A DNA stretch of 64,000 bases from an uncultured cyanobacterium (GTDB taxonomy: Bacteria; Cyanobacteriota; Cyanobacteriia; Pseudanabaenales; Pseudanabaenaceae): the NCBI GenBank assembly GCA_963703315.1, contig OY969811.1, positions 1,280,001 to 1,344,000 of the forward strand, written 5' to 3'. The translations under genes were made by a program, and so were the position numbers. The notes beneath the pieces were generated by a model that saw only the letters and a program-made list of their open reading frames with translations, was not told where the DNA came from and searched no databases. Numbering within the stretch: position 1 is the stretch's first letter; each line of letters starts with the position of its first letter. Shown piece by piece: positions 32,293 to 41,458 of the stretch.

Positions 32293-35200
32293 TCACTGGG
32301 AAGGGAGTAGCTGTTGGGTTTGCAAAATTTCTTTTAATGGAACTTCTTTAGGTAGAACTTCTGATTTTAGAGATGTTCCGTTAGGAAATACTGAGCTTAA
32401 TTTGACTTTTAGAGGTTCACCTTTGATTTGGACATTCATTTGCTTGCCATCCCAAGCCCAGTCAATAAGGTTGCCTTCAATCAATTGACCTTTGACACTG
32501 ATTGATTTGCTCAACCAATCCTTAGGAATTCCTGCACCAATAATTAAAGTGGATGGAGTGGTGGAACGATCAACGCAAGTCAACATATCTAGCTGAAGCA
32601 GGAGCATCTCCGCAGATGTCCAATAATGGGGAGTGAGTTGGGTGGCGCTAACTCGTCCTCGCAGCCTTTGCCATTGGGAAAAGCTATTGGGTAATGCGTT
32701 ATCACTTAGCTCATTGCGATCGCCTGACCAAGTATATAGACCAGAAGATGCTTGATTTTGCCAAGTCCATTTGAGTGCTTGCCATACCCACTCTGGCTGA
32801 TCGAGCAGCACCCATTGATGAGCCTCAGCAATATTTGCTTGGATGGATGGAGATGCTGGGGTAAAGGCTCCAGACTTATCTTTTAAACCTGCCCAACGTT
32901 TTTGGAAAACTTGAGTGAGGGCAACGCGATCGCCTTCAGCAATACCACTGGGCCAGAGTCCATCGGTAAAGGCAGAAAATTCAGGTAGTTTGATTTTTGA
33001 CTTTGGCTGTTGATTGGCTTGCGTAGATATAGGATTATCTTTTTGCCAAACTGCTTTTAAATTTTCGGCTTGCGATCGCCATAGCTTCGCAGACTCTGGT
33101 TGCTTGAGGCGATCGGCTAAAGTAGCCGCATCAAGCAAAGCGCGATAACTAATTACATTAGCCGAGGGATCAAGATTAATGGTATTTGGAGTATTTTCCA
33201 TTTTTCCTGAAGAAAGATCAACCCTTATTAATTCAGAGTTCTCACTGAAAGGTGACTTAGCAGCATTTAGGATCGGATACCCCGGACGATTGGTCGCTAA
33301 CATATCACCGATCAATTTGGCTTTGCGCTGAATATGTGACCATAACCAGCGATCGTAGTCGGGCTGATTGAGGGCGATCGCGACTTCTTTGAGCGCCCAG
33401 ATACCTAGGGCAGGAATATCGGCTTCAGGAAGGGTGCTGTTAATGAAATCATTTTCAGCAAAATAGGGGGATAGTTGCCTAGCTAAATCCAGTTGTCCTG
33501 CACGAGCTAAAGCTACCAGTTGGTAAGCGCCATCACGGAAGCGCGATAGAGGATAGCTAACGGGATCGCTAGGGTAGGTGCGATTGCCAGCGATTCCCAT
33601 CGTGAGGTGTGCGATTTGGGCTTTTAAGCTGTCTACAAATTGTGGATCTGGTAAATCTAGGACTAGATTTGATGTGAGTGTAGTCGATGGTGTCTCTATA
33701 TCAGCGATCGCCTGACTATCTTCGATGAGAAGATTTGCCTGATCACTAGGGTTAAGCTCAATGCGAGCATAGCTCCATCCATGCGGATCTTTCCATTGCG
33801 AACGGTCGGATTGCTCACGACTCCATCCTGATGTACTTTCACTGCCTAAATAGACCTTTGCCTGTTTGGGAAGATCTTTAATTGACCAGCGATCGCTAAT
33901 CAACAAACGATTTCCATTCCAATCGAGGGAGGGAATGGCTGCGCCTGCGGGACCAACACTGCGAATTGCGACAACTAGGCGATCGTCACCACTAGTTAAA
34001 GATTTGAGATTTAGTTGCCAATTTCCTGCTTTGGGCAATGACCAAGAGGCTTCGTAGTACTTAGTTTTCGTGAGTATTTTCGGCGCTTTCTGAGGAGAAA
34101 AATCGGTAAATTGTTGCTGAATTTCATTCAGAGGAATGCGATCGCTTGTCGTTTTGATATTGCCTTGGCGATCGACCACCCAAATCGAAACCCCAAAACT
34201 ACCTGCCTGTGGACTAAAACTACCACCGATATCATGAAAAGATTTATTGGTGGTAGAGCTTGTAGGATTGGCTAATACGACATGACCCGTATTACGCAAT
34301 CCAAAATCGGCAGGACGTAGCTTTATTTGGGCTTCCACTTGCTGTTGGGGTGTACCATAGTTCCAGAGATTAGCAGCGATCGCTGTGAACTGAGTCCGAT
34401 TATTGATCCCCGCACTGACAATCAGAATTACTGCAAGAATGAGACTAATTATCCGTAAACGGGTTAAAAAACTAAAAGCAACTACAGTCAGTAATAGAGG
34501 GATGAAATGCAGAGAATAGATAAATGTCTCATCAGCACCATAGATGCTATGCATTCCAATCTGAGCTAATAGAGTCAGTCCGAGTACAATCCGTAACTTG
34601 TTATGCTGCTTGATTGTCACAAATGCCCACAAGCCCAAGCCCAATAAGGCAGTCCAACTGACAATAGCAGCGATTCCCCACACACTACCTGATGCTGGAG
34701 CTAGGAGACTAGCTTCAATTTTTACCCAGTCAGGGCGAATTGGAAAATCCACAAACTGAGTGGCGGGCATGACCATTGTCTGATAGAAGAAAGCACTCAG
34801 GAAGGAGAGAGTGCCACCACTTGCCGCCGCAATAAACTTCTTTTCACCAATAAAAGTCCCTGGCTGAAAAGGAAACCCAGAATTGGTAAATACAATCCGT
34901 TGCAAAATCCATAATCCTGTCGCCAATAGTAAAGAACCGACAAAAATCTGGATTGCTTTTTTCCAGCGATTATTTACCAACGTAGCCAAAATGCCCACCA
35001 TCGAATTAGTGATGGTAATACTCACAGTGATGACATTAATGGCAATATACCAAGCACCCGTAAAGGGACGAAATTGAGCCAACGTCACAAAAGCCAAGCC
35101 TAAAATGAAGGTCAGAGAGGCGAGGGGAAATGACTCAGGAATAATCAGCCAAAAAATTGAAGCTGCACTCACAGCCCCCACTAGACTCAATAAAGCTGAA

Positions 35201-35625
35201 TCTAGTCGATAGCAACCCATGATTCTAAATAAGGCGTAAAGCGAACCAATCCAAAGTGTAGAGATACCAACTGCTACGAGTCTAGCTGCGGCAAGAGGAT
35301 CAAGGTGGAAAAGCTTACCAGTAAGAAAGACTAAGGGAAAAACGATGAGAGGAAATAGAGGGTGTTTATTATTGCGTCCAAAATCGCTATTGAGGCTGGT
35401 GATATTACCAAAAACAGTGGGGATATCCCCGCCAAACCAGACATCTTGAGCATACAAATCCGTGAAAATAGGTGCAGGAAGCTGATAAGTACCAATATAG
35501 GTAGCAATGGCGATCGCGATCGCTAAACCCACTGCTATCAAAATATCAACTCGATACTGGCGAATATACTTAGCCAATGGTGAAGCAAAGTTAAAATTAA
35601 TTGCTTTTAGTCTATTCATTTTCAC
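32293..35625 (-). CDS. Fusion protein: N-terminal polytopic (GT-C-like) domain plus C-terminal six-hairpin glycosidase-like domain
   Basis: About 11 hydrophobic segments in aa 1-420 with DVWFGGD..RNNKHPLFPL first loop; soluble C-terminus with YPLSRFRDGAY..ALARAG and PHYWTSAE motifs. Confidence 0.6.
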   Translation of the reverse strand: MKMNRLKAINFNFASPLAKYIRQYRVDILIAVGLAIAIAIATYIGTYQLPAPIFTDLYAQDVWFGGDIPTVFGNITSLNSDFGRNNKHPLFPLIVFPLVFLTGKLFHLDPLAAARLVAVGISTLWIGSLYALFRIMGCYRLDSALLSLVGAVSAASIFWLIIPESFPLASLTFILGLAFVTLAQFRPFTGAWYIAINVITVSITITNSMVGILATLVNNRWKKAIQIFVGSLLLATGLWILQRIVFTNSGFPFQPGTFIGEKKFIAAASGGTLSFLSAFFYQTMVMPATQFVDFPIRPDWVKIEASLLAPASGSVWGIAAIVSWTALLGLGLWAFVTIKQHNKLRIVLGLTLLAQIGMHSIYGADETFIYSLHFIPLLLTVVAFSFLTRLRIISLILAVILIVSAGINNRTQFTAIAANLWNYGTPQQQVEAQIKLRPADFGLRNTGHVVLANPTSSTTNKSFHDIGGSFSPQAGSFGVSIWVVDRQGNIKTTSDRIPLNEIQQQFTDFSPQKAPKILTKTKYYEASWSLPKAGNWQLNLKSLTSGDDRLVVAIRSVGPAGAAIPSLDWNGNRLLISDRWSIKDLPKQAKVYLGSESTSGWSREQSDRSQWKDPHGWSYARIELNPSDQANLLIEDSQAIADIETPSTTLTSNLVLDLPDPQFVDSLKAQIAHLTMGIAGNRTYPSDPVSYPLSRFRDGAYQLVALARAGQLDLARQLSPYFAENDFINSTLPEADIPALGIWALKEVAIALNQPDYDRWLWSHIQRKAKLIGDMLATNRPGYPILNAAKSPFSENSELIRVDLSSGKMENTPNTINLDPSANVISYRALLDAATLADRLKQPESAKLWRSQAENLKAVWQKDNPISTQANQQPKSKIKLPEFSAFTDGLWPSGIAEGDRVALTQVFQKRWAGLKDKSGAFTPASPSIQANIAEAHQWVLLDQPEWVWQALKWTWQNQASSGLYTWSGDRNELSDNALPNSFSQWQRLRGRVSATQLTPHYWTSAEMLLLQLDMLTCVDRSTTPSTLIIGAGIPKDWLSKSISVKGQLIEGNLIDWAWDGKQMNVQIKGEPLKVKLSSVFPNGTSLKSEVLPKEVPLKEILQTQQLLPSQ

Positions 35626-35630
35626 CTAAT

Positions 35631-36233
35631 CTACTCTCGCATCCTAATCTTTTTAGCAGGGATACCACCAACAATGGAATAAGGCTCTACGTTTTTAGTG
35701 ACAACTGCTCCAGCCCCAATTACTGAACCTGTACCAATCGTGCAGCCATCTAAAATTGTTGCTCCTGCCCCAATCCAGACATCATCTTCAATAACAATTC
35801 CTTTCAGGCTAGGAGTTTGTTGTCTAAAGGGAATATTGCGATCTTGTAATCCATAATTAACAGGCACAATCGTAACCTGTGGTCCAATTAAGCAACCATT
35901 ACCAATAATTAAATCACCATGTCCATAGAGAATTGTGAATGAATTCACAAAAGATGAATGACCTATTTGAATTGTCCCACCATAGGTACGGAGAAGTGCA
36001 AATGAACTAATTAAAGTATTATCACCAATAATAATCTTTGATTTGTCGTGATTAGCGGGATCAGCTTCTAACGCTGCATATTTACCAATATTGACATTTT
36101 TGCCAATAAAAATCCTCTTTTTATTACCCCTTATGTCAGCTAATATGCTGACATCTGAAGACTTGCCAAGTGAGCCGAATTTAGATTTCTGATATCGCCA
36201 AATCATCCATTTGAAAATCAATTTAGGTTTCAT
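35631..36233 (-). CDS. Hexapeptide-repeat (LbH) acyltransferase
   Basis: IEDDVWIGAGATILDGCTIGTGSVIGAGAVV...GIPAK. Confidence 0.92.
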   Translation of the reverse strand: MKPKLIFKWMIWRYQKSKFGSLGKSSDVSILADIRGNKKRIFIGKNVNIGKYAALEADPANHDKSKIIIGDNTLISSFALLRTYGGTIQIGHSSFVNSFTILYGHGDLIIGNGCLIGPQVTIVPVNYGLQDRNIPFRQQTPSLKGIVIEDDVWIGAGATILDGCTIGTGSVIGAGAVVTKNVEPYSIVGGIPAKKIRMRE

Positions 36234-36285
36234 AAAATCATTGAATATATATGAATATTATTTAAATAGATGATTAAGCTAAATT

Positions 36286-37461
36286 TCAGACAAATTGCTT
36301 TAACCATTTAATCCTTCTAAAAACCAAGGATAATCCAATTGAGCAACATAAGATTAGTAAAAAATTAATAATAATACCTAATAATGGCGCTTCAACAAAA
36401 AGATGGTCAAATCTAAAAGCTCCTTTAAATATAAAGAAAACGTGAAATCCATAGATCCCCAGAGAATATCTTGAGATAAACTTAATCAGTCTAGGTACTT
36501 GATACTTTGATAAAATACCAAGATACAAAAGCAACCAAGAAGCAAAAAGTAAAGAAAGTCTCATGTAATGATCTAGAGGTGCTTGATCTACTTGGATTAA
36601 AATGCGATTACTGGTTAAAATCCATTCTAAAAGAAAAAATGTTAATCCCAAAGTAAATAAAGCAACTAGTTTAGTTTTTAGCCATTGAGTAAGTTCATTT
36701 AACTTTCCATCTTGATATTCTTGTACAGTAATTGCAGATGCAAAAATATAAGGTAAGAAGTTGAGAGGATGATAGTCCCAATGAATAATATTGGTGATAA
36801 CTTTGAAATAAGGGCTTTGAAAATTTGTATAATTAGCGATCGCCTCAATAGCTGAAGCTAAAAATAGAAGAGCAGATGAAATAAATAGTAAAAGATAACT
36901 AATTTTCGATCTTGTCGAACTAGCTTCTTGTTTGCTAAGTAAGGAATTAAAAATTGCTGCAAGCGTAGTTAAGAAGATTAACGAGAAAAAGAAGAAATAC
37001 GGTGTGCTATTACCACTAACTATAAATTCTAGGAAAGACTTTACTGATGAGATAGATTGCTTTATCGATTCAAATTTCCCTATAAATAAAATATCAAAAG
37101 CAGTAATCGCTGTAACCCAAAACAGGTAAAGAGATAAAAGTTTTGGCAGGCGATTGCGAATAAAATAATTAATTCCTGAATTTGTGCTTTTGTAGTAGAA
37201 GAGAAAAAGAGAAATCTGGAAAAAGACTGGTACAGCAAGAGCGCCAAACATTCCGCTTAATATGTACTGGCTTAAAGCGTAAGTCCAACTATTTTCTACT
37301 AGTATTTCTGGAATATTAAAAATCTTGGTTTTATATGCAACTATAGCGATCGCAAAGATTGACCGTAAGAAATCAAATCCTTCAAATGTTTGTGCTTTTG
37401 AGGAAGTGGGATTATTATCAAGCGAAGTTAATGAGGCTTTCATGATAACTGAATCTTGCAT
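36286..37461 (-). CDS. Acyltransferase family 3 (OafA-like) membrane protein
   Basis: GFDFLRS, AVPVFFQIS, RLPKL, SLGIYGFH; multiple TM segments. Confidence 0.85.
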   Translation of the reverse strand: MQDSVIMKASLTSLDNNPTSSKAQTFEGFDFLRSIFAIAIVAYKTKIFNIPEILVENSWTYALSQYILSGMFGALAVPVFFQISLFLFYYKSTNSGINYFIRNRLPKLLSLYLFWVTAITAFDILFIGKFESIKQSISSVKSFLEFIVSGNSTPYFFFFSLIFLTTLAAIFNSLLSKQEASSTRSKISYLLLFISSALLFLASAIEAIANYTNFQSPYFKVITNIIHWDYHPLNFLPYIFASAITVQEYQDGKLNELTQWLKTKLVALFTLGLTFFLLEWILTSNRILIQVDQAPLDHYMRLSLLFASWLLLYLGILSKYQVPRLIKFISRYSLGIYGFHVFFIFKGAFRFDHLFVEAPLLGIIINFLLILCCSIGLSLVFRRIKWLKQFV

Positions 37462-37522
37462 TTTCTAAGAAATAAAAATATAGGTTGAGTATTACTATCC
37501 AGTCTATTGAGGCTTTAAGTAG

Positions 37523-37577
37523 TACAAATAGATTTTTGAAAGCGCCGCTTCACGGCGCTTTCAAAAATCTATTTGTA
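37523..37577. repeat. 25-bp-stem hairpin, same family as 18738
   Basis: tacaaatagatttttgaaagcgccg-cttca-cggcgctttcaaaaatctatttgta. Confidence 0.85.
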
Positions 37578-37635
37578 TTTTAATTCATTACAACGCATTG
37601 TATATCTAGTTACTATATATGTATTGACTAGAATT

Positions 37636-39117
37636 TTAAACTGGTAAATTATTATACTTATGACTGGATTTTAAAATAAAATAATCTTGGATAAGATGTG
37701 GGGCAGTTAAATATACAAGAGTTAGCAACCCAAATAGCCGATGGAAGCTAAAGGGAAAAATTTCATAAGTAGGCATACAAATAATTAGAAATACTCCTAA
37801 ATATACTAACGAAGAATGCTCAGATTTACGTGTTACAAGCGACCATAAAGCAATTGGTATAGCAAGCACATAGTGATGCTCCCATACAGAAGGTGAAAGT
37901 AAAAGACTCAGAGCGATCGCGTCAATTGAATGTCCATAAAACCTAAAAATATTATCCAACCAAAGCTTTTCACTCTCATTAATGTTTTTGATGATCTTGG
38001 AATAAATCTTTTCGCGCTGAATAAATCTAAATATAAACCAGACAAAAATTAAGATGTTTAATAAGGCAACCACTATAGGTACAATACTAAAAAAAATATC
38101 TACTTGAAATAATTTATTTGGTATTTTAGCAAGATTAAAAATTAGACTCCATATTGAATTGTTTCTATAATTACTTGGCTTTTCAGGATTTCTAAAATAC
38201 AATAAAAACTGATCCCATAACGTCAAATCATGCAAAAAATTTGTTTGAATTATAAAAATAGTTATAAATCCGACAGATACGCCTAAAATAGCCTTCCATT
38301 TTTTTGTAGATAACCAAGGAAGTAATAGTATCAAAGTATATAGTTTGATATGACCACCTAAAGCCACTGCTAGCCCAGCAATAAAAGGGGTGCGATTAAT
38401 TAAAAGAATACCTAATAAAAATGAGTTAAGAATCCACAAATTCACTTGATCAAATGTCAAAGTTCTTGCAAGAGGGTAATTAAACACAAAAAGTGCTGAA
38501 ATAATTAATGATGCTGGAAGGGCTTTGATTTTTAGGTGTTGAGCGAGAAACAACGTTAGATAGTAAGCTAAGATGATTTGCAAAAACTGAGCGCACTGAT
38601 AAAAATATGATACAACTGTCCAAGATTTAATATCATCGGCAAAAGCAAATAAGGGATTATAAGCTGTGATTTGATGTGTCCAAAAAAGAGCTTGAGCTAA
38701 TAGTGGTGGATACAAATAACAATTGGGATCGCCAGCATAAGGATTTAATCCATTAAGAATTGCTCTAGCAGCATTTTCATAACACATGAAATCACTGCTT
38801 TTTACGTGAAAACTTTCAACTTGGATAAACAAGAGTTCTAAGAAAACTAATACTGGTAAGATGATAGGAACTAATGTTACTAAGTTTCTTTTCGGATTTT
38901 GGCAGATCTTTAAGTATGCTTTGGTTACAAGAAGGATAGTAGTAAAGAATCCAAATAGCTCAAAAGGCTGACTTTCAATTGTGTTAGGTGCAGTTCCGTC
39001 GTATGTAGACTCAACAATTGGTAATTTCAGTTGCCAAATTATAAGCGGTAATATAATTGCTACTAGTAATGATATGAAATAAGTAAAATAAACACCTATA
39101 GATTTTTTTCTATTCAC
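37636..39117 (-). CDS. GT87/DUF2029-like GT-C glycosyltransferase (lipid-linked sugar donor)
   Basis: SDF..Y..AA....G.NPY, YLYPPLLA, DQVN, IKLY and SPSVWEHHY motifs; polytopic. Confidence 0.85.
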   Translation of the reverse strand: MNRKKSIGVYFTYFISLLVAIILPLIIWQLKLPIVESTYDGTAPNTIESQPFELFGFFTTILLVTKAYLKICQNPKRNLVTLVPIILPVLVFLELLFIQVESFHVKSSDFMCYENAARAILNGLNPYAGDPNCYLYPPLLAQALFWTHQITAYNPLFAFADDIKSWTVVSYFYQCAQFLQIILAYYLTLFLAQHLKIKALPASLIISALFVFNYPLARTLTFDQVNLWILNSFLLGILLINRTPFIAGLAVALGGHIKLYTLILLLPWLSTKKWKAILGVSVGFITIFIIQTNFLHDLTLWDQFLLYFRNPEKPSNYRNNSIWSLIFNLAKIPNKLFQVDIFFSIVPIVVALLNILIFVWFIFRFIQREKIYSKIIKNINESEKLWLDNIFRFYGHSIDAIALSLLLSPSVWEHHYVLAIPIALWSLVTRKSEHSSLVYLGVFLIICMPTYEIFPFSFHRLFGLLTLVYLTAPHLIQDYFILKSSHKYNNLPV

Positions 39118-39164
39118 AATCTATTGCTGATCAATTTTTATATATAAACTGAATATCCATGTGG

Positions 39165-39265
39165 TACCAATTCACGAAAGTGCGACAACATTTTCGTGAA
39201 TTAAAAACTAAATTTAGCAAGGTTTTTTAAAAATAAAAATGGCGCAGCTATTTTTATTTTTGGTA
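39165..39265. repeat. Multi-hairpin MITE-like repeat
   Basis: taccaa...ttggta ends; aattcacgaaagtgcgacaacattttcgtgaatt hairpin; homologous to 20160. Confidence 0.75.
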
Positions 39266-39269
39266 TTAC

Positions 39270-39317
39270 GCATTTTATCGTAGGGGCAGTTCATGAATCG
39301 CTCCTACGATAAAATGC
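39270..39317. repeat. GTAG-REP palindrome
   Basis: gcattttatcgtaggggcagttcatgaatcgctcctacgataaaatgc, followed by tgcgtaagtcct (IS701-like end motif). Confidence 0.8.
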
Positions 39318-39355
39318 TGTTTTCAAAGTGTTTTGCGTAAGTCCTTGCTATTTAT

Positions 39356-40240
39356 TTAATTACGACGCGCAATACACATTAGCGACAGACCAGCTTCAGG
39401 GGAGTAGGGGTTTATGCCTGACAATAGCTGTCCTAGTCGATACCTCCAATGAGGTGGTTTGCCAAGTCTCCCATTTAGAACCTCAGCACCAACCGTATGA
39501 TTGTGTGGATAAAGTTTGACTTTAAAATCCATTGACTCCAAAATTTTGAGAAACAGCGCAGGCGTAACACCATCTCCCGGTTTATGGTGTGTTTCAGTAG
39601 CTAAAGCACTAAGGCGTTCTTCTTTAGGAGTATGGAGCTTGGTTATAAACAGTTGGTAAATCAACAGTCGAACTTTATAGAAAAGCATAGCTACGCCTCT
39701 ATAGTTCCAAGCTGTAAGCTGTGGATCATGATCAATGATCAGCAGTCCTCCAGGTCGGACAATACGGGCAGCTTCTTCTAGGGCTTTAGACATATCATCG
39801 CAGTGATGAAGCGTAGCATTGACCGCAACAATATCTGCAAAGCCAGAAACTAATGGCAAATTTTGTGCATCAGCTAGAAGAGGAGTATAGCCAATTTCCT
39901 TAGCCATTTCCAAAGCTCCTCGACTGACATCAACGCCAATTAAAACTTTGGGCTGACCACCTAGTACTGAATATAGATTGCCAGGACCACAGCCAATGTC
40001 AACGACTATTTTGTCGTCCCATCCGCCTTCTGTAGCAGCAATCCATCTGTCCTTAAATGCATCACTCCGATGACAGGCTTCAAAATATGTTTTTGCCCAT
40101 TCAGGATGTCCAAAGTAATAACTGTTTGCTAACAGATAAGGACTAGGATTAGGAATTTCACATTCTGGAATACTTGAGGAAAAGTTTACTGCATCATTGG
40201 ATGATACATATTCTCTCAAAGTGCTAGATATTATGTCCAA
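39356..40240 (-). CDS. Class I SAM-dependent methyltransferase
   Basis: VVDIGCGPG, GVDVS, NATLHH, VRPGG. Confidence 0.92.
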   Translation of the reverse strand: MDIISSTLREYVSSNDAVNFSSSIPECEIPNPSPYLLANSYYFGHPEWAKTYFEACHRSDAFKDRWIAATEGGWDDKIVVDIGCGPGNLYSVLGGQPKVLIGVDVSRGALEMAKEIGYTPLLADAQNLPLVSGFADIVAVNATLHHCDDMSKALEEAARIVRPGGLLIIDHDPQLTAWNYRGVAMLFYKVRLLIYQLFITKLHTPKEERLSALATETHHKPGDGVTPALFLKILESMDFKVKLYPHNHTVGAEVLNGRLGKPPHWRYRLGQLLSGINPYSPEAGLSLMCIARRN

Positions 40241-40442
40241 AATTAAAATTACCTCCTATAAAACCAAGAAATTTAAATTAGAAATTCGGTATTCTGGTTT
40301 AAAATATTTTTACTTAATGAATTAAAATATTTATAAATACATTTTACATGAATATATATTATACCTGAATAATATATATTCATGTTGTGAAAAATCTTTG
40401 ATTTAAAAATTCTTTACTATTCTCAATAATGTTTAATATTAA

Positions 40443-40781
40443 TTAGGACATTTTCCCCAAGGCGATCGCTGAAATACCACTTAACATTAGTCCAATTCCA
40501 AACCACTGAACTGTTGCTACTTTTTCTCCTAATAAAAAAGCTCCTGTCATTGTCGTTGCTAAAACCGTTAACCCAATGATGACTGGATACGCTACCGAGA
40601 GATTAAATTTACCTAGAACTACAATGTAAAATACTGTACTTAAACCATAAGCAACTAACCCTCCCAATAAATAGAAATTCAATGGATTTTGACCAGAACC
40701 TAACTTAAGAAGTGCTTGGGCTATAGTATTCAGTCCTACGGTAATTAAGATCAGTATTGATGAAATCAGAAAACTTTGCAT
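40443..40781 (-). CDS. SMR/EamA (ArnE/F-like) small membrane transporter, putative lipid-sugar flippase
   Basis: 112 aa, 4 TM helices, AQALLK, LSVAYP, LLGEKV. Confidence 0.85.
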   Translation of the reverse strand: MQSFLISSILILITVGLNTIAQALLKLGSGQNPLNFYLLGGLVAYGLSTVFYIVVLGKFNLSVAYPVIIGLTVLATTMTGAFLLGEKVATVQWFGIGLMLSGISAIALGKMS

Positions 40782-40812
40782 AATTTACTAAAAAGGTACA
40801 GTCTATTACAGT

Positions 40813-41334
40813 CTATTTTTTATTGTGAATTGAATCTTTGAAATCCCAAAGTTCAAGTTTTTTAGGATAGGGTATCTGGACATATTTCCCTAATAACTTT
40901 TCCCACCATCGCGGCGGATGTGGTAAAGAGGCAACTTGAATACTCCGACAACCTGATATCCAAGCACCAAAAACATCCGTATGCCGACTATCACCAATTA
41001 CAACAACTTGTTTGGATGTTAGTTGCATTTGTTGCATTGCCTTACGAAATGAACTCGGAAATGGTTTTTTCGCTGGACTAATGGCAGGTATGTCTAAGTG
41101 GTGAGACCAATATTCCACACGATAACGCCTTTTACCATTCGACAAAAAGAAAAATTTAATTCCTAAATCCTTTGCTTGTGCAATCCAATCTTCGGCATGG
41201 GGAGATAGGTAGCGATCGTCTTCAGAAACAATGGTGTTATCGAGATCGAGGATTACTCCTTGAATTCCCGCAGATGTTAGACGATCAAGATCAATAGAAG
41301 CTAAAGTATCAGCTTTGCTAGGCAAAGAAGTCAT
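40813..41334 (-). CDS. YqeG-like HAD-IIIA phosphatase
   Basis: ILDLDNTI, LSN, KKP, IGDSRHTDV. Confidence 0.9.
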   Translation of the reverse strand: MTSLPSKADTLASIDLDRLTSAGIQGVILDLDNTIVSEDDRYLSPHAEDWIAQAKDLGIKFFFLSNGKRRYRVEYWSHHLDIPAISPAKKPFPSSFRKAMQQMQLTSKQVVVIGDSRHTDVFGAWISGCRSIQVASLPHPPRWWEKLLGKYVQIPYPKKLELWDFKDSIHNKK

Positions 41335-41395
41335 TTGTTAACCTTTTGATTATTTATATTTGGTTAATGTTTAATCAAAATTGTGCAAATAATGT

Positions 41396-41447
41396 CGCAA
41401 AACAAATGTAGTGGCAATTCATGAATTGCCACTACATTTGTTTTGCG
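41396..41447. repeat. 52-bp perfect GTAG-REP-type palindrome
   Basis: cgcaaaacaaatgtagtggcaattca|tgaattgccactacatttgttttgcg. Confidence 0.9.
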
Positions 41448-41458
41448 TAAATCTTAAT

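Noticed and set aside
40346..40385. AT-rich 17-bp-stem inverted repeat
   Set aside because: Low-complexity AT sequence with no family match; function cannot be inferred.
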